Positions 25,611-35,706 of a stretch of 53,718 nt of DNA are shown in pieces. Below the pieces are notes generated by a model that was given only the letters and a program-made list of their open reading frames with translations, ran no database searches and was not told the DNA's origin. A program made the position numbers and the translations under genes. Origin of the DNA: Promethearchaeota archaeon (GTDB taxonomy: Archaea; Asgardarchaeota; Lokiarchaeia; Sigyniarchaeales; SOKP01). Where the stretch lies: assembly GCA_019894955.1 (NCBI GenBank), contig JAGXNQ010000001.1, forward strand, positions 1 to 53,718, written 5' to 3'. Numbering within the stretch: the stretch's first letter is position 1; every line of letters starts with the position of its first letter.

Positions 25611-26627
25611 ATGTCAGATTCTACTAAATTGAAGGAATTAGGGGAAAAAAAAATAATTGCAATTATTGAGGAAATCGTTTTTCAAAAAACGGGTAACCAT
25701 CTTCTAAGGGATGATTCTTTTTTCTACAAAATTGACAATTCCTCTCCTAATAAAGTCTTGGTCTTCAATTCAGATATGTTTGTTTCTACAACTGATGCAC
25801 CAAAAAAAATGACATTTTATCAAATGGGGCGTAAATCTATTTTAATGAATATTAGTGATTTAGTCGTAAAGGGAGTTCATCCTGTTGGAGCTTTCATTTC
25901 AATTGGATTACCGCCTAGCCTTGATGTTCAATCATTTAAAGAGATAATAGAAGGAATAGTTGATTATTGTTGTAGATGGAATATCAGATATATAGGAGGA
26001 GATATGAATATGACAAATGAAATCATTATAAATCCAACAGTCTTTGGATTTGAAAATCCTCATAATATTATTTATAGAAAAGGGATGGATATCTCCGATA
26101 TTGTAGTTATTACTTCGAAATTTGGCTTAACAGGGGTAGGTTTTGAAATCTTATTAAACCAATATAAAGATATTGATAAATATATTAATTATGATAGATC
26201 TATCCAAAGTGTTTTAGAACCTTTTCTTGATGACAAAATTGCATTTACATTAGCAGAAAATCAACTTTCCACAGCAAGTATTGATTCATCAGATGGATTG
26301 GCAGGTTCTTTAAGAGATTTAATGTTGTCAAATCCAGGTATTGGTTTTGATATAAATTTCAATGATAATCTGATTGATGATGAAGCACGATCATTTTCAA
26401 CTATTCATAATATCCCGCTAGAGGATTTGATATTCAATGCTGGTGAAGAATTCATCCATATATTCACAATACCTCCTAATAATTATGAAAAAGCAAAAAA
26501 AATTATTGAATCGAACAAAGGGAGGATTTTTGCTGTAGGAAAAGTCAATTCAGATGGTAAAATTTACATTATTCACAATAATAAAAGAAAAGTGTTACAA
26601 ACTAAGGGATTTGAACACTTCTTATAA
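25611..26627 (+). CDS. thiL: Thiamine-monophosphate kinase (ThiL; PurM/AIR-synthase-related fold)
   Basis: The pattern LLRDDSFFY...VFNSDMFVSTTDAPKKMTFYQMGRKSILMNISDLVVKGVHPVGAFISIGLP is typical of ThiL. The length is ~338 aa. Confidence 0.7.
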   Translation: MSDSTKLKELGEKKIIAIIEEIVFQKTGNHLLRDDSFFYKIDNSSPNKVLVFNSDMFVSTTDAPKKMTFYQMGRKSILMNISDLVVKGVHPVGAFISIGLPPSLDVQSFKEIIEGIVDYCCRWNIRYIGGDMNMTNEIIINPTVFGFENPHNIIYRKGMDISDIVVITSKFGLTGVGFEILLNQYKDIDKYINYDRSIQSVLEPFLDDKIAFTLAENQLSTASIDSSDGLAGSLRDLMLSNPGIGFDINFNDNLIDDEARSFSTIHNIPLEDLIFNAGEEFIHIFTIPPNNYEKAKKIIESNKGRIFAVGKVNSDGKIYIIHNNKRKVLQTKGFEHFL

Positions 26628-26767
26628 CCGCTGCTTTACCTTAAAACACGATATCTTATCGGTATTGAATGTACAGAAAAAGTTTTAAATTAGGGAGGAT
26701 TTATTCTAATACAATTTTAACATTTTAAATGAGTTAATATCTATTTTTAAAAATGTCATAATGATAT

Positions 26768-26841
26768 GGGCCATTAGCGCAGGCAGGTAGCGCGGCAGGC
26801 TTTTAACCTGAAGGTCGTGGGTTCGATTCCCACATGGCCCG
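26768..26841 (+). tRNA. tRNA-Lys (anticodon UUU), intron-less
   Basis: The sequence is GGGCCAT-TA-GCGC-AGGCAGGTA-GCGC-G-GCAGG-CTTTTAA-CCTGA-AGGTC-GTGGG-TTCGATT-CCCAC-ATGGCCC-G. It gives a 74-nt clean cloverleaf. Confidence 0.9.
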
Positions 26842-26960
26842 TTTTAATTTTCCAAAATATTCAAAAATTCAATTTAGATTCAGTTATTTCAGTTTACATA
26901 ATAAATTAAAATATTCATTAATTATATAAACTAATAAAAGTTTACATTTTTTTCAAAATT

Positions 26961-27971
26961 ATGATAAAAACTGAGTTAAAACTCCCTTCTGATGAATCAG
27001 AACAATTAATAATTAAATCGCAAGATATTACAAACCCAGAATATGGAAAAATACCCCAAAATCGGAGTATTAATGAATTACTCCAACTAGGTGTCATTAA
27101 TTTGGATAAACCTAGCGGACCGACAAGTCATGAAGTTGTTTCTTGGGTTCGTAAGATATTAGATATTCAAATTGCTGGTCATGGTGGAACTCTCGATCCT
27201 AAAGTGACCGGTGTTTTGCCTTGCGCTCTTGGTAGTGCTACTCGAGTTTTATCAGCTCTATTATCTGCAGGGAAAGAATATATAGGTATCATGTATATAC
27301 ATTCGCTGGAGGATCCAAAAAAGATAGAAAAAGCCTTTAAGCTATTCACGGGGAAGATCTATCAAACTCCTCCACTTAAATCCGCGGTAGTACGAAGAAT
27401 GAGAATCAGAGAGATTTATTATAACAAAGTTTTAGAAATTAATAATCAACACGTTCTTTTTCGCGTGGGATGTGAGGCTGGTACTTACATAAGAAAATTA
27501 TGTTTTGATATAGGAGAAACTTTATGTACCGGAGGAAACATGCTAGAACTTAGGAGAACACGAGTTGGTAATTTCCGAGAGGATAATACTTTAATGTCAC
27601 TCCAAAATTTGAAGGATGCTTGGGAGTTATTTCAAGAAGAAGGCAATGAATACTATATTCGAAAAATTATTCTTCCAATGGAAGAAATGGTTTCACATCT
27701 TCCTAAGATATATTTAAGAGATACTGCTGTTGATGCGGTTTGTCATGGTGCAGATGTTGCCGCAGCTGGTATCTGTTATATTGATGCTCGTATTAAACCA
27801 AATATTCAAGTTGCTATAATGACTTTGAAGAAAGAATTAATAGGGTTTGGTACACCCATTTTTAATGCCATGAAAATTTATAAAGCAAAATCCGGAATAA
27901 TGGTAAAAATAGATAAAATTTTCATGAAACGAAAAATATATCCACACTGGAAAGGAAAGAAATCAGATTAA
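26961..27971 (+). CDS. cbf5: Cbf5 (H/ACA RNP pseudouridine synthase; TruB catalytic domain plus PUA)
   Basis: Blocks GVINLDKPSGPTSHEVVSWVRKIL and AGHGGTLDPKVTGVLP (catalytic Asp) are present, with a C-terminal PUA domain (LPKIYLRDTAVDAVCHGADV). Confidence 0.95.
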   Translation: MIKTELKLPSDESEQLIIKSQDITNPEYGKIPQNRSINELLQLGVINLDKPSGPTSHEVVSWVRKILDIQIAGHGGTLDPKVTGVLPCALGSATRVLSALLSAGKEYIGIMYIHSLEDPKKIEKAFKLFTGKIYQTPPLKSAVVRRMRIREIYYNKVLEINNQHVLFRVGCEAGTYIRKLCFDIGETLCTGGNMLELRRTRVGNFREDNTLMSLQNLKDAWELFQEEGNEYYIRKIILPMEEMVSHLPKIYLRDTAVDAVCHGADVAAAGICYIDARIKPNIQVAIMTLKKELIGFGTPIFNAMKIYKAKSGIMVKIDKIFMKRKIYPHWKGKKSD

Positions 27972-27983
27972 TGTGATTGTAAA

Positions 27984-28616
27984 ATGACTCATAATCATCA
28001 AGATTACTCGACAACCTTTCCGGATGTTTCTTTGAAGATATATACGGTTCCTGTAAGTTTAAGAAGACACCTTTACATGTTTAAAACTCTCACGGGTGTT
28101 TTTTCTTATAAAAAATTAGATTTAGGAACAAAAGTGTTAGTAGATCATATGATTATCCCCAATAAACCAAGTGTGTTATTAGATTTGGGTTGCGGTTATG
28201 GAGTTATCGGAATTGTATTGGCTTACGAATCACCCTTTAGTTCCGTCTATTTTATAGATGTAAACAACCGTGCAATTTGGTGTACTCGGGAAAATGTGAG
28301 ATTAAATTTATCAAAAAATAAAGGAAAATACAAAATTTATGCGGGTAATTATTTTAACCCCATAGAAGAAACAAAAGTAATGTTTGATGCCATATACATG
28401 AATCCACCTCTACGAAAAGGTCGAAAAGAGTTCCTAGATCTTTTTACTTACCTTCCAAATTACCTAAAACCAAATGGTTCGTTTCAATTTGTAATAAAGA
28501 AGAAAATGGGATCAGAATATGTATATAAATATTTACTTGATCGATTTTCAGATAACAATATAAAGGTTTTATGCAAACGAAGTGGATATTGGGTATTTTA
28601 TTACAATCAAATCTAA
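27984..28616 (+). CDS. Class I SAM-dependent methyltransferase (RsmC/MJ0882-like)
   Basis: Motif I is VLLDLGCGYGVIGIVLA. The catalytic NPP motif is IYMNPPLRKG. The gene lies 12 nt after cbf5. Confidence 0.8.
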   Translation: MTHNHQDYSTTFPDVSLKIYTVPVSLRRHLYMFKTLTGVFSYKKLDLGTKVLVDHMIIPNKPSVLLDLGCGYGVIGIVLAYESPFSSVYFIDVNNRAIWCTRENVRLNLSKNKGKYKIYAGNYFNPIEETKVMFDAIYMNPPLRKGRKEFLDLFTYLPNYLKPNGSFQFVIKKKMGSEYVYKYLLDRFSDNNIKVLCKRSGYWVFYYNQI

Positions 28617-28716
28617 TAATTTTTAAAAGTATTTTTATTTTCGAAGAATAACGTAAAATTTTTTAGAAATACTGTATTTCTTCATCTAATACTTACGTGA
28701 GATATGAGGATTCCTT

Positions 28717-28974
28717 TTGGCTAAGAAGAAAAAGATTGACGTATTGCTACATGAACTTGTTCCTAAACATTATCTTTTAACAAAGGAAGAAACTAAACAA
28801 CTATTAGAGAAATTCAGAATAACAGTGACTAATCTACCCCAAATGTTTGAAAAAGACCCAGTTGCAATAGCAATCGGGGCAAAAGAGGGGGATGTAGTTA
28901 AAATCGTGAGAGAGTCTGAAACAACGGTGAAATCAATAGATTATTACCGTTTTGTTAAAAAAGAGAAAGTATAA
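28717..28974 (+). CDS. rpoH: DNA-directed RNA polymerase subunit H (Rpo5/RPB5 C-terminal domain homologue)
   Basis: The sequence HELVPKHYLLTKEETKQLLEKFRITVTNLPQMFEKDPVAIAIGAKEGDVVKIVRES matches the RpoH consensus. The start is TTG. Confidence 0.9.
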   Translation: MAKKKKIDVLLHELVPKHYLLTKEETKQLLEKFRITVTNLPQMFEKDPVAIAIGAKEGDVVKIVRESETTVKSIDYYRFVKKEKV

Positions 28975-29013
28975 TTTCAATCTCATTATAAAACATTAAT
29001 AAGGTATATAGAT

Positions 29014-32000
29014 TTGAGTACTGAAAAATTATCTAACATTGATAAATGGGCAATTTTAAAAAGTCTATTTGATGAAAAGGGTTTAGTTCGACAGCATCTT
29101 GATTCTTATAATAATTTCATCGAATATGAAATGCAAGCAATTGTGGATGAATCTAGTGAAGTTGTTCCTGACATTCCAGGGTTTAAAATAAAATTTGGAA
29201 AGATAAATGTAGGGGTTCCAAAAGTTAGAGAAGCTGATGGAGCAACAATGGAAATAACTCCAATAGAAGCACGGATCAGAGAATTAAGCTATGCCGCTGA
29301 TATAACTCTTGAAATGACCCCCATTACTATTGATGAAAGAACACAAAGAGAAGAAGCTGAAGAAACTTTAAATATCTATATTGGAAAGATTCCAATAATG
29401 TTAAAGAGCTGCCGATGTCCACTTGAAAGCTTGACAGAACAAGAGTTAATTAATAGAGGGGAAGATCCCCTTGATCCCGGAGGATATTTCATTATAAATG
29501 GAACCGAACGGGTTTTAGTTACACAAGAGGATTTAGCTCCTAATAGGATATTAGCAGAAGAAGCAAGTAGAAGCTCAAGCGCAACCCATCAAGCCAAGGT
29601 ATTTTCAACTAGAAGTGGATTCCGAGCACCCGTAACAATTGAAAGAAAAAAAGATGGAAATTTAAGAGTATCTTTCCCATCAGTTCCAGGAAAGATTCCG
29701 CTCGCTATTTTGATGAGGGCTTTAGGATTACATTCTGACAGAGAAATTTTCCAAGCTATATCTGAAAATGAAGAAATTCAGAAAGAGTTAATTCCTGTAA
29801 TTGATGTTGCTTCTGAAATCCAAGTTTTAAAAGACCCAGAGAAATCTCAACAAAATGCTTTAGATTATATTGGTAAAAGAGTTGCCATAGGGCAAACTAA
29901 AGATTATCGTATTAGACGTGCACTTCAAGTTCTTGATAGATACTTGTTACCTCATATTGGTAATGCTGAAGAAGATCGGATTAAGAAAGCATATTATTTG
30001 GGACAAATGGCACAAAAAGTCATGGAACTTGCTTTGATACTTAGAGAACCAGATGATAAAGATCATTATGCCAACAAACGACTAAAACTAGCAGGTGAAT
30101 TATTTACATCCTTATTTAGAGTTGCTTTTCTTAATTTAGTAAAAGATATCAAATATCAGTTAGAGCGAACAGCGGTTCGAGGGAGAGCTCCAAATATTAA
30201 AACCGCAGTTCGAGCAGATGTAATAACTGAACGCATTAGACATGCATTAGCAACTGGCAATTGGGTCGGAGGCAAGGCAGGAGTTAGTCAATTACTGAAT
30301 CGAACCAATCATGTGGGAACATTAAGCCATCTAAGAAGGGTTATTTCACCATTAAGTCGCAGTCAACCTCATTTTGAAGCTCGAGATTTGCATCCAACTC
30401 AATGGGGAAAAATTTGTCCAGCAGAAACTCCTGAAGGACCTAATTGTGGATTAGTAAAAAACTTGGCTTTAGCTTCAATTATTTCGGTAGGAGCAGATGA
30501 AAGAATAATTGAAAACATAATTATCGACTTAGGAGTTATTCCAATTAATGAAGTGAAACATGTTAAAGGTGATAAATCGAAAGTTTTCTTGAATGGTAAA
30601 CTTGTGGGGATTCATCAGCAATATAATCCATTTATTCGCCAATTACGAGAAAAACGAAGAAAAGGTGAAATAGGTCAACATGTTAACATCGGTTTTTATA
30701 TTGATTCAAAAGAAATTCAAATTAATTGTGATGCTGGAAGAGCAACCAGGCCACTTTTTGTAATCAAAAATAAAAAATTATTGATTACAGGCGAAGATAT
30801 TGATAAGTTAAAACAAGGCAAGTATGTATGGACAGATTTGATTCAAAAAGGAGTAATCGAATATTTAGATGCAGAAGAAGAAGAAAACGCCTATATAGCA
30901 ATGTTTGAAGAGGATATAACTAATGAACACACCCATTTAGAAATTTCACCAGCAGCGATATTAGGTATCTGTGCTTCAATTATTCCATTCCCCGAGCATA
31001 ATCAATCACCTAGAAACACCTATGAAGCAGGAATGGTTAAACAAGCTTTAGGTTTATTTGCAGCAAATATGCATTTAAGATTAGACACTCGAGGACATAC
31101 TCTACATTATCCTCAACAGGCACTAGTAAAAACTAGTCCAATGGAGATTATAGGAATTAATAAACGCCCATCAGGACAGAATTTCATTATAGCAATGATG
31201 AGTTACGAGGGTTATAACATAGAAGATGCTATTATTATCAATAAAGCTTCAATTGAAAGGGGTCTCGCGAGAAGTCATTTTTTCCGAACATACGATGCTG
31301 AGGAAAGAAAATATCCAGGTGGGGAGGTTGATAAATTTGAGATCCCAGAAAGAGGCGTAAGAGGTTTCAAATCAGCTGAGTCTTATCGTTTATTATCTGA
31401 GGAGGATGGAATTATTGAGCCCGAAACAACTGTGGGTGGAGGAGACGTGCTAATAGGTAGGACTTCACCTCCAAGATTCATTAAATCATATGAAGAATTT
31501 GAATTAATGCAACCTAATAGACGTGAAACTTCAAAAAATATGAGACATAACGAGCAAGGAATAGTTGATACGGTAATCATCTCAGAAACTGTTGATGGAA
31601 ATAAATTGGTTAAAATTAAAGTAAGAGATTTAAGGATACCTGAATTAGGAGATAAGTTTTCGTCGCGCCATGGTCAAAAAGGCGTGCTTGGATTAGTTCA
31701 ACCTCAAGAAGATTTACCATTTACTTCTAAAGGTGTAATTCCAGATATTATTGTCAATCCACATGCTATGCCATCAAGAATGACATTAGGACAGCTTTTT
31801 GAAGGAATTAGTGGGAAGATCGCTTGCTCTACAGGAGAATTAGGGGATGCGACTGCTTTTGAATGGAAAGACATTACCAAACTTCAAGATCAACTCGTAC
31901 AAGCTGGGTTCGAATTCAATGGACGTGAAATAATGTATAATGGAATCACTGGAGAAAGGTATGAAGCAGGAATATATTGTACTCCAATTTATTACCAGAA

Positions 32001-32385
32001 ACTGTACCATCTGGTTGCTGATAAACTTCATGCTCGAGCACGTGGTCCAGTTCAAATCTTAACAAGACAACCTACTGAAGGTCGAGCGAGAGAAGGAGGA
32101 TTAAGGTTTGGAGAAATGGAACGAGATTGTTTAGTAGGACATGGTTCTGCCTTGTTATTAAAAGAACGTCTGTTAGATGAATCTGATAGAACAGTGATAT
32201 TAGTCTGCGAAAAATGTGGATTGTTAGCTGTATATGATCGAAACCGAGATAAACGGTATTGTCCAGTATGTGGTGAAGGGACCATTATTTCTAAAGTTGT
32301 ATGTTCATATGCATTTAAACTACTGTTGCAAGAAATGATGTCATTAGGGTTAGCACCACGTCTAAAATTGAAGGAAAAAATTTAA
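29014..32385 (+). CDS. rpoB: DNA-directed RNA polymerase subunit B (Rpo2), unsplit
   Basis: The length is 1123 aa. Blocks LVRQHLDSYNNF, GGYFIINGTERV, SRHGQKG, GLRFGEMERDCL and a C-terminal Zn ribbon (CEKCG...CPVCG) are present. The start is TTG. Confidence 0.97.
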   Translation: MSTEKLSNIDKWAILKSLFDEKGLVRQHLDSYNNFIEYEMQAIVDESSEVVPDIPGFKIKFGKINVGVPKVREADGATMEITPIEARIRELSYAADITLEMTPITIDERTQREEAEETLNIYIGKIPIMLKSCRCPLESLTEQELINRGEDPLDPGGYFIINGTERVLVTQEDLAPNRILAEEASRSSSATHQAKVFSTRSGFRAPVTIERKKDGNLRVSFPSVPGKIPLAILMRALGLHSDREIFQAISENEEIQKELIPVIDVASEIQVLKDPEKSQQNALDYIGKRVAIGQTKDYRIRRALQVLDRYLLPHIGNAEEDRIKKAYYLGQMAQKVMELALILREPDDKDHYANKRLKLAGELFTSLFRVAFLNLVKDIKYQLERTAVRGRAPNIKTAVRADVITERIRHALATGNWVGGKAGVSQLLNRTNHVGTLSHLRRVISPLSRSQPHFEARDLHPTQWGKICPAETPEGPNCGLVKNLALASIISVGADERIIENIIIDLGVIPINEVKHVKGDKSKVFLNGKLVGIHQQYNPFIRQLREKRRKGEIGQHVNIGFYIDSKEIQINCDAGRATRPLFVIKNKKLLITGEDIDKLKQGKYVWTDLIQKGVIEYLDAEEEENAYIAMFEEDITNEHTHLEISPAAILGICASIIPFPEHNQSPRNTYEAGMVKQALGLFAANMHLRLDTRGHTLHYPQQALVKTSPMEIIGINKRPSGQNFIIAMMSYEGYNIEDAIIINKASIERGLARSHFFRTYDAEERKYPGGEVDKFEIPERGVRGFKSAESYRLLSEEDGIIEPETTVGGGDVLIGRTSPPRFIKSYEEFELMQPNRRETSKNMRHNEQGIVDTVIISETVDGNKLVKIKVRDLRIPELGDKFSSRHGQKGVLGLVQPQEDLPFTSKGVIPDIIVNPHAMPSRMTLGQLFEGISGKIACSTGELGDATAFEWKDITKLQDQLVQAGFEFNGREIMYNGITGERYEAGIYCTPIYYQKLYHLVADKLHARARGPVQILTRQPTEGRAREGGLRFGEMERDCLVGHGSALLLKERLLDESDRTVILVCEKCGLLAVYDRNRDKRYCPVCGEGTIISKVVCSYAFKLLLQEMMSLGLAPRLKLKEKI

Positions 32386-32449
32386 TTTATTAATGTTTAA
32401 CTTACTCATTTTTATTATTTTAATTCTTATTTACCAGATTCAATTCTTC

Positions 32450-32465
32450 AAAAAAAAAAAAAAAA
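32450..32465 (-). terminator. Oligo-T tract (T16 on the minus strand) immediately after the stop of the 32466-32885 gene
   Basis: A run of 16 A at 32450-32465 on the plus strand. Archaeal RNAP terminates at oligo-T. Confidence 0.45.
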
Positions 32466-32885
32466 TTAAATTCCAAATCCTAGGAATGAATAAAGATCAG
32501 GTATCATTGTATACAAAAGGAACAAGAAGAATAACGTAGTTAAAGAAATCCATACAGCGTGATCCCATGTTATGTCCAAGAAAAATTTTATTAGGATTAA
32601 GATGATTAAGAATCCAATAATAGGAGTCAATTGAGTTAAGTAATTTGTACCACTGAAAGCTATTAATTGACCAATCGCACCTAAAACGCTATTTATTGCA
32701 CCTAACACTATCGGTATAATTAAAACACAAATGAAAGCTAGGAGAATTATCAAGAGTTTCTTATCAGATGCTTTGGTCTTGGATGCGATTAGTAATACCG
32801 CTATGTATATGATCAATGCTACAATTATTGTTGCAACTATCAGCCATAAAACAAAAAAAAGTGTTTGTTCACCTTGAAATATCAT
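32466..32885 (-). CDS. Small integral membrane protein (about 4 TM helices)
   Basis: 139 aa, almost entirely hydrophobic helices (FFVLWLIVATIIVALIIYIAVLLIA..., LLIILLAFICVLIIPIVLGA...). Confidence 0.6.
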   Translation of the reverse strand: MIFQGEQTLFFVLWLIVATIIVALIIYIAVLLIASKTKASDKKLLIILLAFICVLIIPIVLGAINSVLGAIGQLIAFSGTNYLTQLTPIIGFLIILILIKFFLDITWDHAVWISLTTLFFLFLLYTMIPDLYSFLGFGI

Positions 32886-33018
32886 TAATTTTCACTCTTT
32901 TATAATTTTTTTGTATTATATTTTAATTTAAGAGAAAATACGTACCTTCTTTTTTAAATATTAACTCTTTTTTTTATGAGATTTAGTCTTATTTGTACAA
33001 TAAATGAAAATTATCCAA

Positions 33019-33261
33019 TTATATCCCAATACTTGAAAGGAAAAAGTGAGTTGCAAATCCAAGAAAGACTGAAGAAAACACAATAGATAATACAGTTAAC
33101 TTCATTGATAACTCTCTGCCATATTTTGTGTAAAGTATTAATACTACTACAGAAAAGATGCCTATCAGTAAAAAAATCCACGCTAAGGTCCATAATGTTA
33201 TTGAAGGTATTTCAAACTCATTAATTTGCATTATACTTAGAATCATTATAAATAGACTCAA
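33019..33261 (-). CDS. Small membrane protein (2-3 TM helices)
   Basis: 80 aa, with hydrophobic segments LWTLAWIFLLIGIFSVVVLILY and LTVLSIVFSSVFLGFATHFF. It is preferred over the overlapping 60-aa ORF in another frame. Confidence 0.45.
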   Translation of the reverse strand: MSLFIMILSIMQINEFEIPSITLWTLAWIFLLIGIFSVVVLILYTKYGRELSMKLTVLSIVFSSVFLGFATHFFLSSIGI

Positions 33262-33491
33262 ATTGTTATGATTATTGTAACTAAAAGTTTTGTTTTTTTT
33301 TAAGTTTATTAATGTATAGGAATATTAATTCTGAAGAATGATATGAAAAAGCAATATTTATTGCTCCTATTAATTTTTTATGGTTCTGATAAGTTTATAC
33401 AGATATTAATAAGTATAAATGAATAAAGTTTAAAGCAATGAGCGGTTGTTAATTAATAATATTCATACTTGAAATATAAAGAGACTGTTAA

Positions 33492-34274
33492 ATGCACTAT
33501 TTGAAGAAGCTGATAGAAAAACCTCATTTAGAAGACCCTGCTCAACAACATATGGATATTCATAGACATTTCTATAGATATTCACGGGGGGATTTCCTCG
33601 GACCCGCATTAAAAATTAGAGCTACGAGTGCCAAAATTACACTTAAGGGAACCCATGAATATGAAGATCTGATATTAGAATCAGTAGTAAATTCAATTGA
33701 AGATGCTAATAGTAACTTTGAAATAAAAGGGAATCTGATTACAGGAAGTGATATTAGCAAAGACCTATCTAAATTAGGTTTAGAGTGGAAGTTAAAAAAA
33801 TCTACAGGGAAAACCAAGAATTATAAATCAGTTATATTGGATAACGTAACGAAAGAGCAATTATTAGCAGGTCTTGAATTTTTTCGCTCTAATAGTTATG
33901 TTCTTTTATCGTTTATTATTAATCCATCTTGTAAGATAACAACAAAAAAAAATATTCCTCAACCATCAAAAAAAACACCTGAAGACGACGATTTAAATAA
34001 ACGAATTCAATTTTGCACAGGTATTTTAAAAAATACAAAGAAAAATATGGATTTCATTTTAGATTCTACACTTTCAGATTTCAAATCAGAATTGCCAAAA
34101 ACTTGGAAATCAATTTCAATTTTAAATAATTATAAAATAACTGAAATAGAAACACCAAAAGATTTAAAGGATTCTCGTTTATTGCGTATATTTGCAATAC
34201 GGAAAGGTAAGATGATACGCTCCATTGATGTAGACGATGAAGTATTTGAAAAGCAGTACGATATTGTGGTTTAA
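33492..34274 (+). CDS. Hypothetical protein (260 aa), no recognisable domain
   Basis: Clean long ORF with non-repetitive mixed composition, 74 nt upstream of tfe on the same strand. Confidence 0.55.
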   Translation: MHYLKKLIEKPHLEDPAQQHMDIHRHFYRYSRGDFLGPALKIRATSAKITLKGTHEYEDLILESVVNSIEDANSNFEIKGNLITGSDISKDLSKLGLEWKLKKSTGKTKNYKSVILDNVTKEQLLAGLEFFRSNSYVLLSFIINPSCKITTKKNIPQPSKKTPEDDDLNKRIQFCTGILKNTKKNMDFILDSTLSDFKSELPKTWKSISILNNYKITEIETPKDLKDSRLLRIFAIRKGKMIRSIDVDDEVFEKQYDIVV

Positions 34275-34348
34275 TATAACACAAAAATTTAATTTTTAAG
34301 AAATATTCGCATAATAGTGAAAAAAAAAGAAATACTGAAAGTGAAATA

Positions 34349-34933
34349 ATGTCTGAAAAAGAAATGAATCCTCTATTAAGCTCATTTCTATACATTATAG
34401 GAGGAGACGTAGCAATTGAAGTAGGTATTGAGCTTCTAAATTCTGAGAATAAAGATATTACTGATGAAGACATAACTGAAAACATTAAACAAAGATTAGA
34501 AGGGAGTGAAGTGGATTTTGAACCGGATGATACGGAAATCTTGAAACTGAATACAGTTCGTAAAACTTTATATAAACTATATAGCGAAAAATTAGCTCAA
34601 TTTAGAAGAATTCGTGATAAATCAACTGGTTGGTTTATTTATTATTGGTGGCACGAGTTTGAGAGGATAGAAGAAATTTTAAGTGAAAAGAAAAAATTAA
34701 ACGAAACAAAATTACGAGAAAGACTCCAATATGAAGAAGATAATTATTTTTTTACATGTCAAAATTGTAATGATCAAAATATAAAATTCATTTTTGAACA
34801 AGCATTTGAATTTAATTTTAGGTGTCCCGAATGCGGAGGCCCCTTAGAGGCACAAAATAATCAGGAGATTATCCAATTCTTAAAAGAGAAAATTACATTG
34901 AATCAAAAAATTAACATGACTAAGGATATTTAA
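34349..34933 (+). CDS. tfe: Transcription factor E alpha (TFIIE-alpha homologue)
   Basis: Winged-helix block VRKTLYKLYSEKLAQFRRIRDKSTGWFIYYWW and Zn ribbon YFFTCQNCNDQNIKFIFEQAFEFNFRCPECGGPLE are present. An acidic insertion lies in the wH domain. Confidence 0.8.
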   Translation: MSEKEMNPLLSSFLYIIGGDVAIEVGIELLNSENKDITDEDITENIKQRLEGSEVDFEPDDTEILKLNTVRKTLYKLYSEKLAQFRRIRDKSTGWFIYYWWHEFERIEEILSEKKKLNETKLRERLQYEEDNYFFTCQNCNDQNIKFIFEQAFEFNFRCPECGGPLEAQNNQEIIQFLKEKITLNQKINMTKDI

Positions 34934-34940
34934 TTTTAGA

Positions 34941-35474
34941 TTATTTCTTCTTTTTTACAAAAGCCATATCTCCTAATGATGTTCCTGAAGATTTTTTCAT
35001 ATATTTACTGACTTGAGTCGATGTATCTAAAGTTTCTGATGTTGTAATTAATTTAATTCCATATACTTTCTCAATCTTTTTAGCTAATTTGATTGAAGGT
35101 TTTGCTTTACCAGTTTCGATCCTTTTAAGTAATGATGGTTTTTCATTTAACTTTTGTGCAAATTGATCTTGATTTAATCCCAATGATTGTCTAACTTGTC
35201 TGATTTTAATAGTAAAATCTTTGACAATTTCAAGTTCACTTTGTGGTTCATTTTGAGATTTGAAAGATTTTGTACTAGACGATTTTCTATATTGTTCTAC
35301 CTTTCGTAGGGATGCAGAAGGAGTTTTATTCACTATCTTTTTTCCATGTTGGGCACAATTTTGACATACAGTTATTTTTGCACCCTCTATTATTACTTTA
35401 ACCCCTCGACCCCAAATTATGCTATCACAAATTTCGCATTTGTGTTCTGTGTCGTTTGTTCTTTTACCACTCAT
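34941..35474 (-). CDS. mbf1: Archaeal MBF1 (N-terminal Zn ribbon plus Cro/C1-type HTH)
   Basis: Zn ribbon CEICDSII...VCQNCAQHG is followed by the HTH IRQVRQSLGLNQDQFAQKLNEKPSLLKRIETGKAKPSIKLAKKIEKVYGIKL. Confidence 0.85.
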   Translation of the reverse strand: MSGKRTNDTEHKCEICDSIIWGRGVKVIIEGAKITVCQNCAQHGKKIVNKTPSASLRKVEQYRKSSSTKSFKSQNEPQSELEIVKDFTIKIRQVRQSLGLNQDQFAQKLNEKPSLLKRIETGKAKPSIKLAKKIEKVYGIKLITTSETLDTSTQVSKYMKKSSGTSLGDMAFVKKKK

Positions 35475-35706
35475 AAAATTACCTCGCGTTTAAAACTATT
35501 TAAGGATGAGGATATAATTATAAAATCTCTTCAAGAACTCTTATATTTTTCGGTTTTAAAGCGAAGTTCATTATAAAATATAACCTATATATTTTTTAGA
35601 TATCTCCTTTTTTTGATATTTAGGGAAGACCTTAAATTTAAATGAATAAAAGTTTATTAATAAAATAGTTACAATAAAAATACATACATATAGGGGTTAA
35701 TATTTT

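Noticed and set aside
33351-33364. Perfect palindrome GCAATATTTATTGC in the 33.3-kb intergenic region, plus a 25-codon signal-peptide-like mini-ORF
   Set aside because: Such a short AT-rich palindrome is expected by chance in this composition. The mini-ORF has no RBS or conservation evidence available here.
34081-34485. 134-aa minus-strand ORF spanning the gap between the 260-aa gene and tfe
   Set aside because: It overlaps two better-supported plus-strand genes. Its sequence is F/L/S-rich and low in complexity.
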